Positions 23,201 through 33,202 of a stretch of 33,202 bases of DNA are shown in pieces (position 1 is the first letter of the stretch; the number at the start of each line of letters is the position of its first letter). Under the pieces are notes generated by a model. The model ran no database searches and was not told the origin of the DNA. It was given only the letters and a program-made list of their open reading frames with translations. Source of the DNA: Utricularia gibba (lineage: Eukaryota; Plantae; Magnoliophyta). Location: the NCBI GenBank assembly GCA_002189035.1, contig NEEC01000326.1, forward strand, positions 1 through 33,202. Direction: 5' to 3'. Both the position numbers and the translations under genes were made by a program.

Positions 23201-26200
23201 GGGACAAAGGTAAGGTTTGGCTTGCGCCGAGAGTTAGTTGTAGCCCCACAAATAAAGTGATGTATTTATATCGTTCGGTTTTCGGGGCTGCCTACATGGT
23301 TTTTCAAGGAACCGCTTCTCGTTTTGTGGCGCCAGTCTCGCTGGGAACTTGGTCCTTGACCCCGATTCTGTATGGCTCATGAGGTCAACCGGATGCAAAT
23401 CGATTAAAAAAAATGATGCATTTGTTTAAATTGCGATATCACGTGCACCCCACATGATTTTTTCAACAACTTACTTTATACTTGAGGAGGCGGTCTTGGG
23501 TGCACTGGAACGGGACAAAGGTAAGGTTTGGCTTGCGCGAGAGTTAGTTGTAGCCCGACAAATAAAGTGATGTATTTTTTTATCGTTCGGTTTTCGGGGG
23601 CTGCCTACATGGTTTTTCAAGGAACCGCTTCTCGTTTTGTGGCGGCCAGTCTCGCTGGGAACTTGGTCCTTGACCCCGATTCTGTATGGCTCATGAGGTC
23701 AACCGGATGCAAATCGATTAAAAAAAATGATGCATTTGTTTAAATTGCGATATCATGCACCCCACATGATTTTTTCAACAACTTACTTTATACTTGAGGA
23801 GGCGGTGGGTGCACTTGGAACGGGACAAAGGTAAGGTTTGGCTTGCGCCGAGAGTTAGTTGTAGCCCGGCAAATAAAGTGATGTATTTTTTATCGTTCGG
23901 TTTTCGGGGGCTGCCTACATGGTTTTTCAAGGAACCGCTTCTCGTTTTGTGGCGGCCAGTCTCGCTGGGAACTTGGTCCTTGACCCCGATTCTGTATGGC
24001 TCATGAGGTCAACCGGATGCAAATCGATTAAAAAAAATGATGCATTTGTTTAAATTGCGATATCACGTGCACCCCACATTTTTTTCAACAACTTACTTTA
24101 TACTTGGGGAGCGGTCTTGGGGTGCACTTGAACGGGACAAAGGTAAGGTTTGGCTTGCGCCGAGAGTTAGTTGTAGCCCAAAATAAAGTGATGTATTTAT
24201 TATCGTTCGGTTTTCGGGGCTGCCTACATGGTTTTTCAAGGAACCGCTTCTCGTTTTGTGGCGGCCAGTCTCGCTGGGAAGGTCCTTGACCCCGATTCTG
24301 TATGGCTCATGAGGTCAACCGGATGCAATCGATTAAAAAAAATGATGCATTTGTTTAAATTGCGATATCATGTGCACCCCACATGATTTTTTCAACAACT
24401 TACTTTATACTTGAGGAGGCGGTCTTGGGGTGCAGCTGGAACGGGACAAAGGTAAGGTTTGGCTTGCGCGAGAGTTAGTTGTAGCCCGGCAAATAAAGTG
24501 ATGTATTTATTATCGTTCGGTTTTCGGGGGCTGCCTACATGGTTTTTCAAGGAACCGCTTCTCGTTTTGTGGCGGCCAGTCTCGCTGGGAACTTGGTCCT
24601 TGACCCCGATTCTGTATGGCTCATGAGGTCAACCGGATGCAAATCGATTAAAAAAAATGATGCATTTGTTTAAATTGCGATATCACGTGCACCCCACATG
24701 ATTTTTTCAACAACTTACTTTATACTTGAGGGCGGTCTTGGGTGCACTTGGAACGGGACAAAGGTAAGGTTTGGCTTGCGCCGAGAGTTAGTTGTAGCCC
24801 GGCAAATAAAGTGATGTATTTTTTTATCGTTCGGTTTTCGGGGGCTGCCTACATGGTTTTTCAAGGAACCGCTTCTCGTTTTGTGGCGGCCAGTCTCGCT
24901 GGGAACTTGGTCCTTGACCCCGATTCTGTATGGCTCATGAGGTCAACCGGATGCAAATCGATTAAAAAAAATGATGCATTTGTTTAAATTGCGATATCAC
25001 GTGCACCCCACATGATTTTTTCAACAACTTACTTTATACTTGGGGAGGCGGTCTTGGGGTGCACCTTGAACGGGACAAAGGTAAGGTTTGGCTTGCGCGA
25101 GAGTTAGTTGTAGCCCGACAAATAAAGTGATGTATTTATTATCGTTCGGTTTTCGGGGGCTGCCTACATGGTTTTTCAAGGAACCTTCTCGTTTTGTGGC
25201 GGCCAGTCTCGCTGGGAACTTGGTCCTTGACCCCGATTCTGTATGGCTCATGAGGTCAACCGGATGCAAATCGATTAAAAAAAATGATGCATTTGTTTAA
25301 ATTGCGATATCACGTGCACCCCACATGATTTTTTCAACAACTTACTTTATACTTGAGGAGGCGGTCTTTGGGTGCACTGGAACGGGACAAAGGTAAGGTT
25401 TGGCTTGCGCCGAGAGTTAGTTGTAGCCCGGCAAATAAAGTGATGTATTTATTATCGTTCGGTTTTCGGGGGCTGCCTACATGGTTTTTCAAGGAACCGC
25501 TTCTCGTTTTTGGCGGCCAGTCTCGCTGGGAACTTGGTCCTTGACCCCGATTCTGTATGGCTCATGAGGTCAACCGGATGCAAATCGATTAAAAAAAATG
25601 ATGCATTTGTTTAAATTGCGATATCACGTGCACCCCACATGATTTTTTCAACAACTTACTTTATACTTGAGGAGGCGGTCTTGGGGTGCACTGGAACGGG
25701 ACAAAGGTAAGGTTTGGCTTGCGCGAGAGTTAGTTGTAGCCCGGCAAATAAAGTGATGTATTTATTATCGTTCGGTTTTCGGGGGCTGCCTACATGGTTT
25801 TTCAAGGAACCGCTTCTCGTTTTGTGGCGCCAGTCTCGCTGGGAACTTGGTCCTTGACCCCGATTCTGTATGGCTCATGAGGTCAACCGGATGCAAATCG
25901 ATTAAAAAAAATGATGCATTTGTTTAAATTGCGATATCACGTGCACCCCACATGATTTTTTCAACAACTTACTTTATACTTGAGGAGGCGGTCTTGGGGT
26001 GCACCTTGAAACGGGACAAAGGTAAGGTTTGGCTTGCGCCGAGAGTTAGTTGTAGCCCGACAAATAAAGTGATGTATTTATTATCGTTCGGTTTTCGGGG
26101 CTGCCTACATGGTTTTTCAAGGAACCGCTTCTCGTTTTGTGGCGGCCAGTCTCGCTGGGAACTTGGTCCTTGACCCCGATTCTGTATGGCTCATGAGGTC

Positions 26201-29200
26201 AACCGGATGCAAATCGATTAAAAAAAATGATGCATTTGTTTAAATTGCGATATCACGTGCACCCCACATGATTTTTTCAACAACTTACTTTATACTTGAG
26301 GAGGCGGTCTTGGGGTGCACTGGAACGGGACAAAGGTAAGGTTTGGCTTGCGCGAGAGTTAGTTGTAGCCCGACAAATAAAGTGATGTATTTATTATCGT
26401 TCGGTTTTCGGGGGCTGCCTACATGGTTTTTCAAGGAACCGCTTCTCGTTTTGTGGCGGCCAGTCTCGCTGGGAACTTGGTCCTTGACCCCGATTCTGTA
26501 TGGCTCATGAGGTCAACCGGATGCAAATCGATTAAAAAAAATGATGCATTTGTTTAAATTGCGATATCACGTGCACCCACATGATTTTTTTCAACAACTT
26601 ACTTTATACTTGAGGAGGCGGTCTTGGGTGCACTTGGAACGGGACAAAGGTAAGGTTTGGCTTGCGCCGAGAGTTAGTTGTAGCCCAAATAAAGTGATGT
26701 ATTTATTATCGTTCGGTTTTCGGGGGCTGCCTACATGTTTTTCAAGGAACCGCTTCTCGTTTTGTGGCGGCCAGTCTCGCTGGGAACTTGGTCCTTGACC
26801 CCGATTCTGTATGGCTCATGAGGTCAACCGATGGAAATCGATTAAAAAAAATGATGCATTTGTTTAAATTGCGATATCACGTGCACCCACATGATTTTTT
26901 CAACAACTTACTTTATACTTGAGGAGGCGGTCTTGGGGTGCAGCTGGAACGGGACAAAGGTAAGGTTTGGCTTGCGCGAGAGTTAGTTGTAGCCCGGCAA
27001 ATAAAGTGATGTATTTTTATCGTTCGGTTTTCGGGGGCTGCCTACATGGTTTTTCAAGGAACCGCTTCTCGTTTTGTGGCGGCCAGTCTCGCTGGGAATT
27101 GGTCCTTGACCCCGATTCTGTATGGCTCATGAGGTCAACCGGATGCAAATCGATTAAAAAAAATGATGCATTTGTTTAAATTGCGATATCACGTGCACCC
27201 CACATGATTTTTTTCAACAACTTACTTTATACTTGGGAGGCGGTCTTGGGGTGCACTTGAACGGGACAAAGGTAAGGTTTGGCTTGCGCCGAGAGTTAGT
27301 TGTAGCCCCACAATAAAGTGATGTATTTATTATCGTTCGGTTTTCGGGGCTGCCTACATGGTTTTTCAAGGAACCGCTTCTCGTTTTGTGGCGGCCAGTC
27401 TCGCTGGGAACTTGGTCCTTGACCCCGATTCTGTATGGCTCATGAGGTCAACCGGATGCAAATCGATTAAAAAAAAATGATGCATTTGTTTAAATTGCGA
27501 TATCATGTGCACCCCACATGATTTTTTCAACAACTTACTTTATACTTGAGGAGGCGGTCTTGGGGTGCACTGGAACGGGACAAAGGTAAGGTTTGGCTTG
27601 CGCGAGAGTTAGTTGTAGCCCAAATAAAGTGATGTATTTATTATCGTTCGGTTTTCGGGGCTGCCTACATGGTTTTTCAAGGAACCGCTTCTCGTTTTGT
27701 GGCGGCCAGTCTCGCTGGGAACTTGGTCCTTGACCCCGATTCTGTATGGCTCATGAGGTCAACCGGATGCAAATCGATTAAAAAAAATGATGCATTTGTT
27801 TAAATTGCGATATCACGTGCACCCACATGATTTTTTCAACAACTTACTTTATACTTGAGGAGGCGGTCTTGGGTGCACCTTGGAACGGGACAAAGGTAAG
27901 GTTTGGCTTGCGCCGAGAGTTAGTTGTAGCCCACAAATAAAGTGATGTATTTATTATCGTTCGGTTTTCGGGGGCTGCCTACATGGTTTTTCAAGGAACC
28001 GCTTCTCGTTTTGTGGCGGCCAGTCTCGCTGGGAACTTGGTCCTTGACCCCGATTCTGTATGGCTCATGAGGTCAACCGGATGCAAATCGATTAAAAAAA
28101 ATGATGCATTTGTTTAAATTGCGATATCATGTGCACCCCACATGATTTTTTTCAACAACTTACTTTATACTTGAGAGGCGGTCTTGGGTGCACTGGAACG
28201 GGACAAAGGTAAGGTTTGGCTTGCGCCGAGAGTTAGTTGTAGCCGGCAAATAAAGTGATGTATTTATTATCGTTCGGTTTTCGGGGGCTGCCTACATGGT
28301 TTTTCAAGGAACCGCTTCTCGTTTTGTGGCGGCCAGTCTCGCTGGGAACTTGGTCCTTGACCCCGATTCTGTATGGCTCATGAGGTCAACCGGATGCAAA
28401 TCGATTAAAAAAAATGATGCATTTGTTTAAATTGCGATATCACGTGCACCCCACATGATTTTTTCAACAACTTACTTTATACTTGAGGAGGCGGTCTTGG
28501 GGTGCACCTTGGAACGGGACAAAGGTAAGGTTTGGCTTGCGCGAGAGTTAGTTGTAGCCCGACAAATAAAGTGATGTATTTATTATCGTTCGGTTTTCGG
28601 GGCTGCCTACATGGTTTTTCAAGGAACCGCTTCTCGTTTTGTGGCGGCCAGTCTCGCTGGGAACTTGGTCCTTGACCCCGATTCTGTATGGCTCATGAGG
28701 TCAACCGGATGCAAATCGATTAAAAAAAATGATGCATTTTTTAAATTGCGATATCACCCACATGATTTTTTCAACAACTTACTTTATACTTGAGGAGGCG
28801 GTCTTGGGGTGCACTGAACGGGACAAAGGTAAGGTTTGGCTTGCGCGAGAGTTAGTTGTAGCCCGACAAATAAAGTGATGTATTTTATTATCGTTCGGTT
28901 TTCGGGGCTGCCTACATGGTTTTTCAAGGAACCGCTTCTCGTTTTGTGGCGGCCAGTCTCGCTGGGAACTTGGTCCTTGACCCCGATTCTGTATGGCTCA
29001 TGAGGTCAACCGATGCAAATCGATTAAAAAAAATGATGCATTTGTTTAAATTGCGATATCACGTGCACCCACATGATTTTTTCAACAACTTACTTTATAC
29101 TTGAGGAGGCGGTCTTGGGTGCACTGGAACGGGACAAAGGTAAGGTTTGGCTTGCAAGAGTTAGTTGTAGCCCGGCAAATAAAGTGATGTATTTTTATCG

Positions 29201-30309
29201 TTCGGTTTTCGGGGGCTGCCTACATGGTTTTTCAAGGAACCGCTTCTCGTTTTGTGGCGCCAGTCTCGCTGGGAACTTGGTCCTTGACCCCGATTCTGTA
29301 TGGCTCATGAGGTCAACCGGATGCAAATCGATTAAAAAAAATGATGCATTTGTTTAAATTGCGATATGTGCACCCCACATGATTTTTTCAACAACTTACT
29401 TTATACTTGAGGAGGCGGTCTTGGGGTGCACCTGGAACGGGACAAAGGTAAGGTTTGGCTTGCGCCGAGAGTTAGTTGTAGCCCGACAAATAAAGTGATG
29501 TATTTTTTATCGTTCGGTTTTTCGGGGGCTGCCTACATGGTTTTTCAAGGAACCGCTTCTCGTTTTGTGGCGGCCAGTCTCGCTGGGAACTTGGTCCTTG
29601 ACCCGATTCTGTATGGCTCATGAGGTCAACCGGATGCAAATCGATTAAAAAAAATGATGCATTTGTTTAAATTGCGATATCACGTGCACCCCACATGATT
29701 TTTTTCAACAACTTACTTTATACTTGAGGAGGCGGTCTTGGGGTGCACCTGGAACGGGACAAAGGTAAGGTTTGGCTTGCGCCGAGAGTTAGTTGTAGCC
29801 CGACAAATAAAGTGATGTATTTATATCGTTCGGTTTTCGGGGGCTGCCTACATGGTTTTTCAAGGAACCGCTTCTCGTTTTGTGGCGGCCAGTCTCGCTG
29901 GGAACTTGGTCCTTGACCCCGATTCTGTATGGCTCATGAGGTCAACCGGATGCAAATCGATTAAAAAAAATGATGCATTTGTTTAAATTGCGATATCATT
30001 GCACCCCACATGATTTTTTCAACAACTTACTTTATACTTGAGGAGGCGGTCTTGGGGTGCACTGGAACGGGACAAAGGTAAGGTTTGGCTTGCGCGAGAG
30101 TTAGTTGTAGCCCGACAAATAAAGTGATGTATTTATTATCGTTCGGTTTTCGGGGCTGCCTACATGGTTTTTCAAGGAACCGCTTCTCGTTTTGTGGCGG
30201 CCAGTCTCGCTGGGAACTTGGTCCTTGACCCCGATTCTGTATGGCTCATGAGGTCAACCGGATGCAAATCGATTAAAAAAAAATGATGCATTTGTTTAAA
30301 TTGCGATAT

Positions 30310-30324
30310 TTGATGCAGTCAGGG
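30310..30324. other. Short non-consensus patch replacing ~45 nt of the monomer
   Basis: GCGATAT-TTGATGCAGTCAGGG-GAGGAGGCGG stands in place of GCGATAT-CACGTGCACCCCACATG...ATACTT-GAGGAGGCGG. Confidence 0.7.
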
Positions 30325-30613
30325 GAGGAGGCGGTCTTGGGGTGCAAACGGGACAAAGGTAAGGTTTGGCTTGCGCCGAGAGTTAGTTGTAGCCCAAATA
30401 AGTGATGTATTTATTATCGTTCGGTTTTCGGGGGCTGCCTACATGGTTTTTCAAGGAACCGCTTCTCGTTTTGTGGCGCCAGTCTCGCTGGGAACTTGGT
30501 CCTTGACCCCGATTCTGTATGGCTCATGAGGTCAACCGGATGGAAATCGATTAAAAAAAATGATGCATTTGTTTAAATTGCGATATCATGTGCACCCCAC
30601 ATGATTTTTTCAA

Positions 30614-30620
30614 GTAATCC
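30614..30620. other. Short non-consensus patch GTAATCC replacing ~22 nt of the next monomer
   Basis: TTTTTTCAA-GTAATCC-GGCGGTCTT stands in place of TTTTTTCAA-CAACTTACTTTATACTTGAGGA-GGCGGTCTT. Confidence 0.7.
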
Positions 30621-33202
30621 GGCGGTCTTGGGGTGCAAACGGGACAAAGGTAAGGTTTGGCTTGCGCCGAGAGTTAGTTGTAGCCGGCAAATAAAGTGAT
30701 GTATTTATTATCGTTCGGTTTTCGGGGCTGCCTACATGGTTTTTCAAGGAACCGCTTCTCGTTTTGTGGCGCCAGTCTCGCTGGGAACTTGGTCCTTGAC
30801 CCCGATTCTGTATGGCTCATGAGGTCAACCGGATGCAAATCGATTAAAAAAAATGATGCATTTGTTTAAATTGCGATATCATGTGCACCCCACATGATTT
30901 TTTTCAACAACTTACTTTATACTTGAGGAGGCGGTCTTGGGGTGCAGCTGAACGGGACAAAGGTAAGGTTTGGCTTGCGCCGAGAGTTAGTTGTAGCCCG
31001 CAAATAAAGTGATGTATTTTTATCGTTCGGTTTTCGGGGCTGCCTACATGGTTTTTCAAGGAACCGCTTCTCGTTTTGTGGCGGCCAGTCTCGCTGGGAA
31101 CTTGGTCCTTGACCCCGATTCTGTATGGCTCATGAGGTCAACCGGATGCAAATCGATTAAAAAAAATGATGCATTTGTTTAAATTGCGATATCACGTGCA
31201 CCCCACATGATTTTTTCAACAACTTACTTTATACTTGAGAGGCGGTCTTGGGGTGCACTGGAACGGGACAAAGGTAAGGTTTGGCTTGCGCCGAGAGTTA
31301 GTTGTAGCCCGACAAATAAAGTGATGTATTTATTATCGTTCGGTTTTCGGGGGCTGCCTACATGGTTTTTCAAGGAACCGCTTCTCGTTTTGTGGCGGCC
31401 AGTCTCGCTGGGAACTTGGTCCTTGACCCCGATTCTGTATGGCTCATGAGGTCAACCGGATGCAAATCGATTAAAAAAAATGATGCATTTGTTTAAATTG
31501 CGATATCATGTGCACCCCACATGATTTTTTCAACAACTTACTTTATACTTGAGGAGGCGGTCTTGGGGTGCAGCTGGAACGGGACAAAGGTAAGGTTTGG
31601 CTTGCGCCAGAGTTAGTTGTAGCCCGGCAAATAAAGTGATGTATTTATTATCGTTCGGTTTTCGGGGGCTGCCTACATGGTTTTTCAAGGAACCGCTTCT
31701 CGTTTTGTGGCTGCCAGTCTCGCTGGGAACTTGGTCCTTGACCCCGATTCTGTATGGCTCATGAGGTCAACCGGATGCAAATCGATTAAAAAAAATGATG
31801 CATTTGTTTAAATTGCGATATGACGTGCACCCCACATGATTTTTTTCAACAACTTACTTTATACTTGAGGAGGCGGTCTTGGGTGCACCTGAACGGGACA
31901 AAGGTAAGGTTTGGCTTGCGCCGAGAGTTAGTTGTAGCCCGACAAATAAAGTGATGTATTTATATCGTTCGGTTTTTTCGGGTGCCTACATGGTTTTTCA
32001 AGGAACCGCTTCTCGTTTTGTGGCGGCCAGTCTCGCTGGGAACTTGGTCCTTGACCCCGATTCTGTATGGCTCATGAGGTCAACCGGATGCAAATCGATT
32101 AAAAAAAATGATGCATTTGTTTAAATTGCGATATCATTGCACCCCACATGATTTTTTCAACAACTTACTTTATACTTGAGAGGCGGTCTTGGGGTGCACT
32201 GGAACGGGACAAAGGTAAGGTTTGGCTTGCGCCGAGAGTTAGTTGTAGCCCGACAAATAAAGTGATGTATTTATTATCGTTCGGTTTTCGGGGGCTGCCT
32301 ACATGGTTTTTCAAGGAACCGCTTCTCGTTTTGTGGCGGCCAGTCTCGCTGGAACTTGGTCCTTGACCCCGATTCTGTATGGCTCATGAGGTCAACCGGA
32401 TGCAAATCGATTAAAAAAAATGATGCATTTGTTTAAATTGCGATATCACGTGCACCCCACATGATTTTTTCAACAACTTACTTTATACTTGAGGAGGCGG
32501 TCTGGGTGCACTTGGAACGGGACAAAGGTAAGGTTTGGCTTGCGCCGAGAGTTAGTTGTAGCCCGGCAAATAAAGTGATGTATTTATTATCGTTCGGTTT
32601 TCGGGGGCTGCCTACATGGTTTTTCAAGGAACCGCTTCTCGTTTTGGGCTGCCAGTCTCGCTGGGAACTTGGTCCTTGACCCCGATTCTGTATGGCTCAT
32701 GAGGTCAACCGGATGCAAATCGATTAAAAAAAATGATGCATTTGTTTTAAATTGCGATATCATGTGCACCCCACATGATTTTTTCAACAACTTACTTTAT
32801 ACTTGAGAGGCGGTCTTGGGTGCAGCTGGAACGGGACAAAGGTAAGGTTTGGCTTGCGAGTTAGTTGTAGCCCGCAAATAAAGTGATGTATTTATTATCG
32901 TTCGGTTTTCGGGGGCTGCCTACATGGTTTTTCAAGGAACCGCTTCTCGTTTTGTGGCGCCAGTCTCGCTGGGAACTTGGTCCTTGACCCCGATTCTGTA
33001 TGGCTCATGAGGTCAACCGGATGCAAATCGATTAAAAAAAATGATGCATTTGTTTAAATTGCGATATCACGTGCACCCCACATGATTTTTTCAACAACTT
33101 ACTTTATACTTGAGGAGGCGGTCTTGGGGTGCACCTTGAACGGACAAAGGTAAGGTTTGGCTTGCGCCGAGAGTTAGTTGTAGCCCACAAATAAAGTGAT
33201 AA

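Larger units (their letters stand above)
1..33202. repeat. Tandem satellite-like array: ~106 head-to-tail copies of a ~316-bp monomer, running off both window ends
   Basis: The anchor GGTCAACC recurs at 1, 313, 620, 925, 1235 ... 32703, 33011, mostly 300-316 bp apart. All copies have the same orientation and there is no intervening unique DNA. Confidence 0.99.

Noticed and set aside
71-32790. All ORFs in the six-frame track (MIFSTTYFILEE..., MVFQGTASRF..., MHPVDLMSHTES...)
   Set aside because: They are translations of the same repeat whose frames and ends change with homopolymer indels. There is no consistent start or stop and no recognisable domain.
1-33202. Stop-free 'endless' ORF across the concatemer, as in the DRT2 Neo gene
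   Set aside because: On the + strand, stops at consensus 32, 45 and 73 block all three frames unless the well-supported C4 run is changed. On the - strand, stops at 81, 89 and 94 block all three frames within 16 nt. No reverse transcriptase or ncRNA context is present.
1-33202. CRISPR array
   Set aside because: There are no unique spacers; the whole 316 bp repeats.

Overview
The whole window is one head-to-tail tandem array of about 106 copies of a ~316-bp, ~46% GC monomer. There is no unique flanking sequence, no credible gene and no RNA gene. Hand-built consensus (homopolymer lengths uncertain by about 1 nt): GGTCAACCGGATGCAAATCGATTAAAAAAAATGATGCATTTGTTTAAATTGCGATATCACGTGCACCCCACATGATTTTTTCAACAACTTACTTTATACTTGAGGAGGCGGTCTTGGGGTGCACCTGGAACGGGACAAAGGTAAGGTTTGGCTTGCGCCGAGAGTTAGTTGTAGCCCGACAAATAAAGTGATGTATTTATTATCGTTCGGTTTTCGGGGGCTGCCTACATGGTTTTTCAAGGAACCGCTTCTCGTTTTGTGGCGGCCAGTCTCGCTGGGAACTTGGTCCTTGACCCCGATTCTGTATGGCTCATGA. 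The monomer is itself a diverged dimer of 157-bp and 159-bp subunits (roughly 55-60% identical by hand alignment). That is the nucleosome-sized architecture of eukaryotic, often plant centromeric, satellite DNA. One segment resembles my recollection of the grass CentO/CentC motif, which is unverified. Copy-to-copy differences are mostly homopolymer indels and recurrent miscall-like changes at a few C/G motifs, especially a single CCTGG. This suggests noisy long-read data from natively methylated DNA over nearly identical copies. Local irregularities are an out-of-register garbled consensus (about 15.0-16.1 kb), a clean ~188-bp deletion (about 20250), two short replaced patches (about 30.3 and 30.6 kb), and variants that are regionally clustered and partly linked. 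All ORFs in the track are frameshifted translations of the repeat and are not called. I found no evidence for a new protein-coding system.
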